From assembly GCA_903910645.1 (NCBI GenBank), contig CAIWAD010000124.1, positions 16,445-80,444 on the forward strand: a DNA stretch of 64,000 bases, in the 5' to 3' direction. Source of the DNA: an uncultured bacterium (GTDB lineage Bacteria > CAIWAD01). A program made the translations under genes and the position numbers. Under the pieces are notes generated by a model. The model was not told where the DNA came from and searched no databases. It was given only the letters and a program-made list of their open reading frames with translations. The first letter of the stretch is position 1; each line of letters starts with the position of its first letter. Shown here one piece after another: positions 45,948 to 56,562 of the stretch.

Positions 45948-47668
45948 CAGCACTCTCCTTCCGCAGCGGCAAACGCCACCTGCAGTTTTCCCGCCAAGCC
46001 GCTGCTGCGGCGTGTCACATTCCCAAGGGCCTGGCGCAGGGCCGCTTCCGAGGCCACCAGCACCAGCTTCTTGCGGGCGCGGGTAAGACCGGTGTAGAGC
46101 AGTTCGCGGCACAGGAGGGGCGACGCTTCCTCCGGCAGGACCAGCAGAAGCTCATCCGCCTCCGATCCCTGGCTCTGGTGCACGGTGATGGCCCATGCCT
46201 CATCGTGGGGCGGCACCTGGGCCTCGTCCAGGGACAGGGCCTGCGTATCGCCGGTGTGAAAATGGAACTTTCCTGTTCCCGGCGCATGCTCCCGCACTCC
46301 GCTGTCGCCATTGGCCAAGCCCAGCACATGGTCGTTCACGCGGATGAGCACGGGGCTGAAACTTCCCATCCCACTTTCCTGAAACTGGCGACGGCACCAC
46401 GAATTCACCGCCTCCACGCCCTGGGGACCGCTGCGACGCCCGCAAATGGTGCGGAAAGTGTCCAGGGCGGCCAGCGCCTCAGCAGCGCTCCCCGCCTTGA
46501 TAAAGGGATCCAATCCCTTGCGCAGGGCCTCGCTGAACGCGACCCCGGACCGGGCATCCCCACGCTGGATCCATTCCACTTCGCCGCCACCGCGCAGGGC
46601 GGCCATGGCGGCCTCACCATCTCCAGTTCTTACCGCCAGGGCCAATCGGCCAATGGCGCTGTCCTGCCCAAAGCGCCGGCTTGCCATCAGCGTGGTGACC
46701 ATAGGGGTCGGCGCTCCGCCTTCGTCCACCCGACGGCCCGCCAGACCCTCCACCACATGATGGAGCACGGCACCGGCGTCCACGGACGCCAGCTGATCCG
46801 CATCCCCCACCAACAACAGTCGGGCATGGGGCGGAAGAAAGGCCAGCACACGGTCCATCAAGCCCAGGTCCACCATGGAGGCTTCGTCCACCACCAGCCA
46901 GTCCAGGGGTGGCGCCTCGTGCAGCAGGCGATGCAGCGTGCTGGCCCGTGGCAATGTTGAAAGGGCCTGGCGCAGCTCCTGGGGCAGCCAGCCCAGACTT
47001 TCACCCAGGGCCTCCTGCAGACGGGCGGCAGCTTTTCCGGTGGGCGCGGCCAGCCGAATGCGCAGCCCGGGCTCCAGGGCCAGCGCCACCGCCAGCATGC
47101 GGCCCACTGTGCTGGTCTTGCCCGTTCCCGGGCCACCGGTGAGCACATGGAAGGGGCGCTGGAACACCGCCTCCACCGCCTGCCGTTGCAAAGGATCGCC
47201 GTCCTGGGGCGCCACCCGCTCCAGGAGCTCGGCCAATCCCGCTGGCGGTTCCAACGGGCGCATGCGGAACAGCAGGGCCTGCGCCACCCGGCCTTCCGCG
47301 GCATGCATGCGCTGCAGATAGAGGCGGCCAGCCTCCAGTACAAGGGGTTGCGGCGCCCCGCCATTTCCCTCGTGGGCCACCACGCCGCTTTCCCGCAACT
47401 CCGCCAGCCAGTCTTCCAGGTTCGGACAGGTCCCGGGCATGGACAGTGCACCATGCGCCGACTCCCGGCCCAGCAAGCCATGCTCCCGCCCGGCCCATTC
47501 CTCCAGCAACAAGCAGGGATGCCCCACCCGCCGCTGCCGACTGGCCAGGGCCGCCGCCAGCGCCACTCCACCCTGTGGGTGCGGAGCCCCCTTGGTCAAC
47601 AAATGGGCCAGTTCAAGATCCACAAGGCTGAAGCCCTCGGCCGCGCCGTCTTCCTTGCGCAATGTCAT
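45947..47668 (-). CDS. recD: Exodeoxyribonuclease V alpha subunit RecD
   Basis: Walker A GGPGTGKTS. Helicase motifs LLVGDADQL and VHQSQGSE. Start is ATGA-coupled to recB. Confidence 0.85.
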   Translation of the reverse strand: MTLRKEDGAAEGFSLVDLELAHLLTKGAPHPQGGVALAAALASRQRRVGHPCLLLEEWAGREHGLLGRESAHGALSMPGTCPNLEDWLAELRESGVVAHEGNGGAPQPLVLEAGRLYLQRMHAAEGRVAQALLFRMRPLEPPAGLAELLERVAPQDGDPLQRQAVEAVFQRPFHVLTGGPGTGKTSTVGRMLAVALALEPGLRIRLAAPTGKAAARLQEALGESLGWLPQELRQALSTLPRASTLHRLLHEAPPLDWLVVDEASMVDLGLMDRVLAFLPPHARLLLVGDADQLASVDAGAVLHHVVEGLAGRRVDEGGAPTPMVTTLMASRRFGQDSAIGRLALAVRTGDGEAAMAALRGGGEVEWIQRGDARSGVAFSEALRKGLDPFIKAGSAAEALAALDTFRTICGRRSGPQGVEAVNSWCRRQFQESGMGSFSPVLIRVNDHVLGLANGDSGVREHAPGTGKFHFHTGDTQALSLDEAQVPPHDEAWAITVHQSQGSEADELLLVLPEEASPLLCRELLYTGLTRARKKLVLVASEAALRQALGNVTRRSSGLAGKLQVAFAAAEGEC

Positions 47669-50600
47669 GCCAGCCTCCCCAACTCCTGGTCCAACTCCAG
47701 GATCAACTCCACCGGCAGGATGTCCGTGAGCACGCCGCTGTCAGGATCCTCCTGGCGCAAGCCGCGCAGATAGACATAGCGCAGGCCTCCCAGATGGCGC
47801 CAGGGATCGTGGTCCTTGTCCACCCGCTTCAGATGCCGGTGCAGGGCCGTCAGGTAGAGCAGGGCCTGCAGGAAGTAGCCGGACTCCGCCATGGAGCGCA
47901 CCATGCGTTCCCTGGTGTAGGCGGCGGCATTGGGTGCCAGGCGGTTGGATTTCCAGTCCACCACCCACCACCGGCCCTCCCAGCACAGGCACAGATCCAT
48001 GAAGCCTTTCAGGAATCCGGGCGCCATGGGCCTGGCCTCCCGGCGCGTGGCCAATTCCAGCGCCGCCAGCGTGTCCGGCTCCTTCACCCCCAATCGCCCG
48101 GCATTGTGCAGCAAATGACTCTGGCACAGCTCCCGCAGTCGGGCCCCCGAGATTCCTTTCGTGGAAAGATGAAAGGCCAGCTCCGTGGCGCGCAGTCCGG
48201 CTTCCACATCCAGGGGAACGGGACCTCCCCCCCCCAAGGGCCGATGCAGCACGGCGTCCAGACGAGGCGCCAGGAAGGCGGCATGTTCCTTTCCCAGCCC
48301 GGCGGATTGCAACTCCTCCTCGCAGAGGCGCACCGTGACACCACCCTGGTCGAGGCCCGTTTCCAACAGCGCGTGCAGGCAGATTCCCGCTCCCGTGCCG
48401 GCGGGGAACTTGGCCCAGGCATCGCGCCCGGCGGAAGTGGCATCCTCCAGGTCCGCATCCCCGCCTTCACTTGGGCTGTCCTGCGCGGCGAACCACTCAT
48501 CCACGCGCTCGTCGGCATGGGCGTCCCGCAGAAGACTTGTGAAGGAGGAGCTGCTCTCCCGCTCCTCCAGACTGCCCTGGAATGTGCGCACAGGCAGGGC
48601 GGTCTCAACCGAGGCCTGCTCATTGCCGGGCATGGAAGGCGAATCCTCGTCCAGGCACAAGGGCTCCACCGCAACGCCCTCGCCTGCCGCCTCCAGCGCG
48701 CGCCATTGCTGCAGCTGGGCCTCAGCCCCCTGCTCCTTGAAGGCCTTCCACGGATCCTTCTCGCCGGGATGCGCGCAGTCCCCCAGCCCTCCGCCCAGCA
48801 GGAGCCAGTCCAGCGGAGAGGGAAAAAGCTTGTCATGATTGGTGAACGCACTGTAGCAGAAGAGCTGGGAGCGCGCCCGTGTCAGGGCCACATAAGCCAG
48901 CCGCAGAGACTCCGCCAGACTGGCGTCGGCCAGGACGCTCTTCTCCTCACCCTCAAGGGGCATCCCTGGTGAGGCAAACAGGCGCCGCTCCCCCTGGGTG
49001 GAGGGCAGGCGCAGCTGGGCGAAAGTCTCCACCCTGGCGTCTCCGGCCCACAGGAAGGGGCAGAACACCAATGGATACTCCAAACCCTTGCTCTTGTGCA
49101 TGGTGACAATGCGCACCAGGTTGTCCTCGCTCTCCAGCCGCTGCTCCCACTCGGCGGATGGCCGGGACTCCTGCGCCTTGACCTGCGCCAAACGCGCCAT
49201 GGCGCCGGGATCCACGCGCCGCAGGGTCTCCTCCTGGCGAAGCAGTTCCAACAGGTGGTTCCAGTTCACCACGCGCCGCTCACCCATGGGACGGGCGAGC
49301 ATGGCCTCGCGCCAATGGGTGCGGCCAAGGAACTGATCCAGAGCAGCGGCCAAGGAGCCCGTCTGGGCCCGCGCCCGCGCCAGATGCAGTTCCGTTTGCG
49401 CAAGCAGGAGCAAGTCCGGCTGGTGAAGGGTATCCAAGGCCGTGCCGCCCAAGGCCCGGGCGAGGCCCCCGGCCAGCAACGCACGCGCCAGTCCGCTGTC
49501 ATCGGGACGCTCCATGGCCTTCAACAGCACCACCAGCTGGCCCGCCTCCGCGCTTGACCACACGGACTCGCGTCCCCCCTGGATGCAGGCCAGACCGCGC
49601 TCCGCCAGTGCCTGGGCCACCAGTTGGCCCTGCCGACTGGTGCGTACCAGAATGGCCACCTCACGGCCTATGATGCTCTGCAGGTCCTCGCCTGTGCCGC
49701 GACGAACCCAACAGGCCCCGGGACCCAGCAGGCGCTCCACCATTTGCGCCACATGCCGGCAGATGCGCTCCTCCGCCAGCCCTTTGGAAATGCCGGATTG
49801 CTCCTCCTGCACCACATGGAAGGCGCGCAGGATTGCGCCATGCAATTTCACGGCGCGGTTGTCGGGCTTGGGACAGGCTTTCACCGGCGCGAAGGCCACG
49901 CCACTGTGCAGGAAGGGCCCCTGACCGGGAAAGCGCTCCTGCTGGAAGAGCTGATTCACGGCCGCCACCAGGGGCGGATCCGAGCGCCAGTTGGTGTACA
50001 AGGCGCGCTGGGTATCGGCGGACGCGGCAACCTTCAGATAGGCATCCAGGTCCGCGCCGCGGAAACCGTAAATGGCCTGCTTGGGATCGCCCACCAGCAC
50101 CAGGGGATGCCCCACTTCGCGGAAGATCTGGTGGAAGATCTCCGTCTGCAGGGGATCCGTGTCCTGGAACTCGTCCAGCATGGCCATGGACCAGCGTTGC
50201 TGCAGAAGGTCCTTCAAGCGGGCGCCCTGGGGACCCAGCAAAGCCTTCAGCACCATGCTCAGCAGGTCGCTGAAATCGAGGCGGCGCTCCTGCAGCCTTA
50301 GGTCGGCGGCACGGGCCGGCCAGGTGGCCACCGCCTCCTCTTGCAGGGCGCGCAGCAAGCGGGCAAAGGCTTCGGCCAGGTCGCCACAGGCCTGCTCCAA
50401 CGCGTCCATGGCATCGAAGAAGGGATGGGGACCCAGCGGTGGCGCGCCCTTCCGCTGCTTTCCCCGCAGATGGGTTGAGGTGAAATACCAGGCCCCATCG
50501 CCCGTGCGCTTGGGCATCTGGTCGCAGGACGCGCCCGTCTGCAGCCAGGCTCCCAGGTCCTCCAGCAAGGAGGTGAAGTGTTCCTGCTTATAGGATCCGG

Positions 50601-51381
50601 CATTCAGGCTCAGCCCCTGCAACTCCTCCCGCAGGGCCGAGACGCCCAGCATGTCAAAGGCGATGCAACAGGTCTCAAGGCATTGGCGCTGTTTCAGAAT
50701 GAGCTGTGCTGCGTGCCAGACCGCCTGATTCACCGCCTGGGGAAAATCCCCCTCCAGGGCGCCCACCCGGCCTTCTCCGGCCTTGCTGGCCATGGCCGCC
50801 CACAGGGCGGGCTCGAGCAGGCTCCGGGACTGGCGGCCCCCGCCAGCTTTCTGCCCCCCCAGCCAATCCATGAAGGCGTCTGGCAGTTGGGTCCACCAGC
50901 GACGCAGTTGATCCATGGCCACGCGTTCCATGGCCTCGCCAGCCTCATCGCCCAACTCCACCTTGCCGCTCAGTCCGGCGCCCAGTCCGGCTTCTCCCAG
51001 GACGCGACGGCAGAAGCCGTGGATGGTGAAGATGGAGGCCTCGTCGAACTGGGCCAGGGCGCGACGCAAGCGCTTCCGCGCGTTCTCCTCATCCACCATG
51101 CCTGCGGCCACCATGTCCCGCAGCAGTTCGTCCTCCTTCACGCCGGGCACCTTCTCCAAGCTGGCCAGGGCCTCCTCCAGCCTGTGCCGCATGCGCTCGC
51201 GCAGGTCGGCGGTGGCGGCCTCTGTGAACGTGAGGATGAGGATCTGCGGCAGCTCCCGCCCTTCCGCCAGGCATCGCACCAGCAGGGCGCCAATGGTCCA
51301 GGTCTTGCCTGTGCCCGCGCTGGCCTCCACCAGCAGCGTGCCCTTGATGGGCGTGGCGAGCACATCCATGGTGGGGATCAT
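47665..51381 (-). CDS. recB: Exodeoxyribonuclease V beta subunit RecB (UvrD-like helicase + PD-(D/E)xK nuclease)
   Basis: Start MIPTMDVLATP. ASAGTGKTWTI Walker A. UvrD-type motifs (ILTFTEAA, TIHGFC). C-terminal nuclease motif VVDWKSNRL. Start ATGA overlaps the recC stop. Confidence 0.9.
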   Translation of the reverse strand: MIPTMDVLATPIKGTLLVEASAGTGKTWTIGALLVRCLAEGRELPQILILTFTEAATADLRERMRHRLEEALASLEKVPGVKEDELLRDMVAAGMVDEENARKRLRRALAQFDEASIFTIHGFCRRVLGEAGLGAGLSGKVELGDEAGEAMERVAMDQLRRWWTQLPDAFMDWLGGQKAGGGRQSRSLLEPALWAAMASKAGEGRVGALEGDFPQAVNQAVWHAAQLILKQRQCLETCCIAFDMLGVSALREELQGLSLNAGSYKQEHFTSLLEDLGAWLQTGASCDQMPKRTGDGAWYFTSTHLRGKQRKGAPPLGPHPFFDAMDALEQACGDLAEAFARLLRALQEEAVATWPARAADLRLQERRLDFSDLLSMVLKALLGPQGARLKDLLQQRWSMAMLDEFQDTDPLQTEIFHQIFREVGHPLVLVGDPKQAIYGFRGADLDAYLKVAASADTQRALYTNWRSDPPLVAAVNQLFQQERFPGQGPFLHSGVAFAPVKACPKPDNRAVKLHGAILRAFHVVQEEQSGISKGLAEERICRHVAQMVERLLGPGACWVRRGTGEDLQSIIGREVAILVRTSRQGQLVAQALAERGLACIQGGRESVWSSAEAGQLVVLLKAMERPDDSGLARALLAGGLARALGGTALDTLHQPDLLLLAQTELHLARARAQTGSLAAALDQFLGRTHWREAMLARPMGERRVVNWNHLLELLRQEETLRRVDPGAMARLAQVKAQESRPSAEWEQRLESEDNLVRIVTMHKSKGLEYPLVFCPFLWAGDARVETFAQLRLPSTQGERRLFASPGMPLEGEEKSVLADASLAESLRLAYVALTRARSQLFCYSAFTNHDKLFPSPLDWLLLGGGLGDCAHPGEKDPWKAFKEQGAEAQLQQWRALEAAGEGVAVEPLCLDEDSPSMPGNEQASVETALPVRTFQGSLEERESSSSFTSLLRDAHADERVDEWFAAQDSPSEGGDADLEDATSAGRDAWAKFPAGTGAGICLHALLETGLDQGGVTVRLCEEELQSAGLGKEHAAFLAPRLDAVLHRPLGGGGPVPLDVEAGLRATELAFHLSTKGISGARLRELCQSHLLHNAGRLGVKEPDTLAALELATRREARPMAPGFLKGFMDLCLCWEGRWWVVDWKSNRLAPNAAAYTRERMVRSMAESGYFLQALLYLTALHRHLKRVDKDHDPWRHLGGLRYVYLRGLRQEDPDSGVLTDILPVELILELDQELGRLA

Positions 51382-54300
51382 GCCGCACCTCGCTTTCCGG
51401 AAGCCTTCTTCGGAGGCAAAAGGGCACCCAGACCACAGGCCAGATCCAGCACCTGCGTCGCCAGGCCGGGGTGACAAAGGGGATCCGTCCCATCCAGCAC
51501 CAACTGCACCCAGGCGTCCTCCAGCAGATATTCCCTGCCCTGGAACCAGTCCCTGGACTGCAGGAGACCAGGCTCCCTGTCCTTCCCTTCCGCCGCCGCT
51601 TGGGCCATTTCCTCGCTTGCACGCTGAAACCATGGCATCCAGCGGTGTTGCCCCAGCCGCCACACCGCAAGGATTTCGCGCAACTGGGCCAGGGCATCTT
51701 CAGGCCCCGGCAGCTCCTCCACCTTGGCCGCGCCCTTGTCCAGGGTGATCAACACGGCACGGCGCGCCCCAATGGGAGGGCCTGACTGTGCCAGCTGCCA
51801 GGCCAGATGCTGAATCCAGCCGGGCAGGCGCTGGCGGGAGGAGTCGGACCCCAGCGCGGTCAGCACCAGCGTGCCCGCGCCCTGCCAGACTTCGCCCTTC
51901 AAAGTCAAGGCGTCCACCGCCGTGGTGGTGGTGGTCCTTTCCAGCGGAGCGCCACAGGCTTCCCGCGCCGCACCAAGCGCACTCTCCACGTCATGCTGCA
52001 ACTCCTCCAGCTGACGCTGCCCCGGCCGCCCCCAGGGCAACAGGCCTTCAGCACGCAGCACCTTCTCCTCCCGCGCCGCATCCCGCCCTTCCAGCCTGGC
52101 TTGCAACAAGCGGTTGCGCAGCATGCCCCGCGTCAAATGGTCCAGGAAGAAGGGTTCGTGCCGAGGAGGCACCTGTCCGTCCCAGGGAAGGCGCACACCG
52201 GCGCGGCGCAGGAAACTCCTGGCAGGATTGCGATAGAAGGACAACAGCTGGGCCAATTCCAATTCCTGTGGAAGCTCGGTCTCCGGCAGGGTGGCCTGCC
52301 ACAGGCGGAAATCCGCGTCCGCCCTGGGTCGTCCGGCTGCCCGGAATCCCTTCAGGGCATTGGCCATGCGGTGCCGTCCCATGTGGAAGGAAGCCTCGTC
52401 GCTGGTGTCATAGGCCCGTTCGCTGAAGCCCTGCATGGGATGCTGGCGGGGCCTCACGGCTTTCAAATCCGGAGAGGAGTCCTCCGTCCCTTCGCTCTCG
52501 GGCATGATCCTGCGCGTGCACCTTTCCAGCCAGGTGGTGACTTCACCCACCACCACGGAGGGTGGCCGCACCCGTCCTTCACGAGGATCCAGGCCCTGCC
52601 AGAAAATGAGCAAGGCATCCTGTGCCGCGCAGATGGCGTCCAGGAACTGGCCGCGATCCTGCTCCCGGGGCTGGCGGTCTCCCAGGATTGTCTCCAGTTG
52701 GCACAAGTCCAGCTCGTCCCGCCGGGCCGCCCGGGGAAAGGCCTGATCGTCCAGCCCGAACAGCACCACCACCCGCGCGGGCAGGCCTCGCCCCGCCAGC
52801 ATGGGCAGCATGGTCAGGCGACCATCCAGCCCCGCCACGGCCCCATCCTCCGGCTGCAAGAGCTCGCGCAGGGCATCCAGGGCCACAGGCCAGCCGACGC
52901 TGCCACAGGATCCCGCCGCCGCCACTTTTCGCTGGCCCTCGGAGATGCGCCGTCGCAGGGCGTCCAACTCGCGTTTCTCGCCATCCCCGAAAGGCTCCAA
53001 CAACCGGGGAAGCAATAGCAGGAGCCAGTCCATCCACTGGGCGGGCTCCCGCTCCACCTGCACATCCAGGCGCAGCGCCACCAAGGCATGATGCCAGGCC
53101 AGCAGCGCCTCCAGCAAGGCGTGGCGTCCCGCCACCTCATCCACAGGGAGATGAGTGGAATCCCCGCCGCCGGCCTCCATGGCGTGGCCCAGCACCAGGC
53201 GATCCAAACCGGCGCGCCAGCTGTGCTCATCCGTGGGCGGCAATTCCAGCCGCTCCCGGTGTTGCGCGTCCAGCCCCCACACAATGCCCGCCAGGCGGCA
53301 CCAATCTGCCAGCAGGGGCAGGTCGGCGGCTTCCAGCCCCAGCTTGCGCCTGAGCGGCGCGCAGGCCAGCGGGGCCAGCACCTCGTCCACCTGCCAGCGG
53401 CCCAGAAGAAGTTCCAGCACGCCCAGCAGGCTTTCCTGCACATCACTTCTTCCCTGTCGAGCCATGGCCCAGGGTATCCGCCGGCCCTCCTCCTGGCTGC
53501 CGAACACCGACTCCAGCGCCGGGCGGGCAGCATCAATGTCCGCGCACAGCACCAATACATCGCCGGGGGCCAGGTCTGGATGGCGCTGGAAGAGGTCCAG
53601 AAGACGATCGTGCAGGACTTCGGCCTGTCGCAACGGGCTGTGGCAGGCGTGGAGCTGCAGACTGGAGTCCAGCGGCCCCACGGGCATGGGGCCCAACTCA
53701 GCCAGGCTGTGCTGCAGCCGGTGCAGCAGTTGGCCCTTCTTCCTTTCATCCAGTGCATCCAGCGGCGCATCAAAGGTGGCCTCCACCTCCAACAGCTGGT
53801 CAATCCACTGTCCCAACTCCTGACCATTGGCCTGGATCAACGGGGCCTCATCCACATCCAGGGCTTCCCGCCGCCGCCGTTTGCAGGCCAGATCCGTCCA
53901 GTAATAAGTGGGTGAAGGATTGGCCAGATAGAAATCCACCTGCCGCCACTGGGACAGGCGTTCCACCAGCTTCAATTGGGCTGGCGGAAGGCCGCGCAAA
54001 TTGAAGAAGCCGATGCGACGCGGCAGCGCCTTCACATCCTGTTCCGTGGACTCCAGGAGCCAGCGGGCCATCAAATCGGCACGGGTGGGCGCGGGAGTCT
54101 GTTCACGCAGCCGAAGCCAGAGACGCTTCTGCCAGGGCGCTTTCAGGGCGGCCTCCTGCGCTTTGAGCGCCCCCGGGAAGTCCGCGTGGGGCCCGCCTTG
54201 CCAGGCAAGCAGCATGCCGGGACGAAAAACCAGGTACTGGTCGAAGAGATCCGCCAGCCGCTGGCCCAAGTCCCGCGCGGCCCGCTCCCCACCCATTTTT

Positions 54301-54644
54301 CGCAGAAGGGTCTCGCCTGGGCCCGCCAGGGCAGGCTCCTCCGCCAACAGTGCGCAGATGCGCCACGCCAGGGCCTCCTTGCCCCAGGGCGAGGGGTGTT
54401 CCAGCCCTCCTTCGGCAAAGGGCAGGAGGAGGGAATCCCAAATGAAGGCCGCCGGCATGGGCATGTGAAGACGGGCTGTGGCGCCCAGCAGGCGTGTCAG
54501 CTCCAGCGGCAGGCGCCGGGCCAGGCCCCGGGACTCCACCACCACCACCTCCCTTTCCATGGGAGCCAGAGGGTCCGCTTCCATTTGACTGGCAAGCGCT
54601 TCCATGAGAGGATGAATGTGATGGGCCTGGTGGACCTTGAACAT
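51378..54644 (-). CDS. recC: Exodeoxyribonuclease V gamma subunit RecC
   Basis: Start MFKVHQAHHIHPLMEALASQ. ~1088 aa. Position and size fit RecC as first gene of a recCBD operon. Inactivated helicase-like fold, no Walker A. Confidence 0.8.
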   Translation of the reverse strand: MFKVHQAHHIHPLMEALASQMEADPLAPMEREVVVVESRGLARRLPLELTRLLGATARLHMPMPAAFIWDSLLLPFAEGGLEHPSPWGKEALAWRICALLAEEPALAGPGETLLRKMGGERAARDLGQRLADLFDQYLVFRPGMLLAWQGGPHADFPGALKAQEAALKAPWQKRLWLRLREQTPAPTRADLMARWLLESTEQDVKALPRRIGFFNLRGLPPAQLKLVERLSQWRQVDFYLANPSPTYYWTDLACKRRRREALDVDEAPLIQANGQELGQWIDQLLEVEATFDAPLDALDERKKGQLLHRLQHSLAELGPMPVGPLDSSLQLHACHSPLRQAEVLHDRLLDLFQRHPDLAPGDVLVLCADIDAARPALESVFGSQEEGRRIPWAMARQGRSDVQESLLGVLELLLGRWQVDEVLAPLACAPLRRKLGLEAADLPLLADWCRLAGIVWGLDAQHRERLELPPTDEHSWRAGLDRLVLGHAMEAGGGDSTHLPVDEVAGRHALLEALLAWHHALVALRLDVQVEREPAQWMDWLLLLLPRLLEPFGDGEKRELDALRRRISEGQRKVAAAGSCGSVGWPVALDALRELLQPEDGAVAGLDGRLTMLPMLAGRGLPARVVVLFGLDDQAFPRAARRDELDLCQLETILGDRQPREQDRGQFLDAICAAQDALLIFWQGLDPREGRVRPPSVVVGEVTTWLERCTRRIMPESEGTEDSSPDLKAVRPRQHPMQGFSERAYDTSDEASFHMGRHRMANALKGFRAAGRPRADADFRLWQATLPETELPQELELAQLLSFYRNPARSFLRRAGVRLPWDGQVPPRHEPFFLDHLTRGMLRNRLLQARLEGRDAAREEKVLRAEGLLPWGRPGQRQLEELQHDVESALGAAREACGAPLERTTTTTAVDALTLKGEVWQGAGTLVLTALGSDSSRQRLPGWIQHLAWQLAQSGPPIGARRAVLITLDKGAAKVEELPGPEDALAQLREILAVWRLGQHRWMPWFQRASEEMAQAAAEGKDREPGLLQSRDWFQGREYLLEDAWVQLVLDGTDPLCHPGLATQVLDLACGLGALLPPKKASGKRGAA

Positions 54645-54759
54645 GGGGCCTCCGGATAGTGCGCATGGAAGATACAGGGGCTTGGGACATGCCGCGAGCC
54701 GCATGGGGAAATGGCCGCCCCATTGGCCCTACATTGGCGCAGCCACCAAGAGGTACCCC

Positions 54760-56493
54760 ATGCCCCGTCGCAATCTGCGCCGTCTGTTGAAAGATGAATT
54801 CACCGGCTACAGCTTGCCCGTCTTCCGCCAGGATCTCATGGCGGGGCTGACCGTGGCGGCGGTGGCCCTGCCCTTGGCCCTGGCCTTCGGCGTGGCCAGC
54901 GGCGCCAGCGCGGCGGCGGGATTGGTCACCGCCATTGTGGCGGGCCTGCTCATTGGCGGACTTTCCGGCGCGCCCTATCAGATCAGCGGGCCCACGGGCG
55001 CCATGAGCGCCGTGCTCATTGTGCTGGCACAGCGCTACGGGCTGGAAGGCGTGTGGGTGGCGGGCCTGCTCAGCGGCCTGCTGCTCCTGCTCATCGGCCT
55101 CCTGCGCATGGGACGCTTCATCTCCTTCATCCCCGCGCCGGTGATCACCGGCTTCACCAGCGGCATCGGGCTGATTATTGCCATTGGCCAGCTGGACAAC
55201 TTCCTGGGCGTGCACACGCCCGCCCACGACAAGGCGCTGCACAAGCTGGTGGCCTACTTCCAGGTGCCGTGGACGCCGGACGGGCCCACGCTGGCCCTGG
55301 GCCTGATGGTGGTGGGTCTGATGATCCTTTGGCCGCCCAAGTGGGGCGCCCGCATGCCCGCCAGCCTTGTGGGACTGGTGCTGACCACGGCCCTGGCTCA
55401 GCTGGCCGGCTGGGATGTGGCCACCATTGGCAGCATCCCCACCTCGCCCATCCTGGCGGAGCGCCTGCGACTGGACGCCGTGCCCTGGCAGCATCTGGGG
55501 GACTTCATCTACCCCACCCTCACCATCACGGCGCTGGGCGCGGTGGAATCCCTGCTCTGCGGCATGGCGGCCTCCAACATGACCGGCGTGCGCCTGCAGG
55601 CCAATCAGGAGCTGGTGGCCCAGGGTCTGGGCAACATGCTCATCCCCTTCCTGGGCGGCGTTCCCGCCACCGCGGCCATTGCGCGCACCAGCGTGGGCAT
55701 TCGCAGCGGTGGGCGCACACGCATGACGGGCATCCTCCACGCCGTGGGTCTCTTGCTCAGCATGCTATTGCTGGCGCCGGTGATGGGACGCATTCCCCTG
55801 GCCGCCCTGGCGGGCATTCTCATGGTCACGGCCTGGCGCATGAACGAATGGGCGGCCATCCGCTTCATGTTCTCCCACCGTTTCAAAACCGCCATGCTGG
55901 CTTTCACCGTCACCTTGCTGGCCACCATCACACTGGATCTGACCCAGGCCATCCTCATCAGCACCTTCCTGGCGGGCGCCATATTCCTTAGCCAGATCGC
56001 CAGCCTGGACATCGAGCGCCAACCCGTGGACGCTGCCAAGCTGCGTCAGCGCGGTCTGGAGATCTCCAGCGAATGCCCCCATGTGGAAGTGGCCTTCATC
56101 ACAGGCCCGCTCTTCTTCGCCGCCGTGGGCAATTTCAATGAGGCCTTCGCCGGCGGGCGCCCCACCCAGGCCCTCATTCTCTCCATGCGTGGCGTGCCCC
56201 TCATCGACACGGCGGGCCTGGAGGCCATCATGCAGCTGAAGGAGCACCTGCACCGCGCGGGAGGGCACTTGATGCTGGCGGGCGTGAATCCCCGCGTTCG
56301 GGTGATGATGGAGCGCGGGGGCATTGTGGACGCCATCGGTCGTGAGAATTTTTTCTGGGGCAGTGACGAGGCCATTGTGGAAGCCGACCGCCGGGGCTGC
56401 CCCTTCTGCGCCCGACCCGCACGCATGGCCTGGCCGCGCGGCGCGGCAGATGAGGCATTCACGCCGGTGGACGGCGAAGAGGACAAGGACTGA
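54760..56493 (+). CDS. SulP-family anion (sulfate/bicarbonate) transporter with C-terminal STAS domain
   Basis: Start MPRRNLRRLL. SulP N-terminal signature GLTVAAVALPLALAFGVASGA. ~12 TM helices. C-terminal STAS-like domain (VAFITGPLFFAAVGNF...LAGV). Confidence 0.85.
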   Translation: MPRRNLRRLLKDEFTGYSLPVFRQDLMAGLTVAAVALPLALAFGVASGASAAAGLVTAIVAGLLIGGLSGAPYQISGPTGAMSAVLIVLAQRYGLEGVWVAGLLSGLLLLLIGLLRMGRFISFIPAPVITGFTSGIGLIIAIGQLDNFLGVHTPAHDKALHKLVAYFQVPWTPDGPTLALGLMVVGLMILWPPKWGARMPASLVGLVLTTALAQLAGWDVATIGSIPTSPILAERLRLDAVPWQHLGDFIYPTLTITALGAVESLLCGMAASNMTGVRLQANQELVAQGLGNMLIPFLGGVPATAAIARTSVGIRSGGRTRMTGILHAVGLLLSMLLLAPVMGRIPLAALAGILMVTAWRMNEWAAIRFMFSHRFKTAMLAFTVTLLATITLDLTQAILISTFLAGAIFLSQIASLDIERQPVDAAKLRQRGLEISSECPHVEVAFITGPLFFAAVGNFNEAFAGGRPTQALILSMRGVPLIDTAGLEAIMQLKEHLHRAGGHLMLAGVNPRVRVMMERGGIVDAIGRENFFWGSDEAIVEADRRGCPFCARPARMAWPRGAADEAFTPVDGEEDKD

Positions 56494-56562
56494 ATTCCCA
56501 GGCTCCCCCTGCCGATGAGGGCCTCGGCCACGCATGCCCGGCTGGCCGAAAGGGGGATCCCC

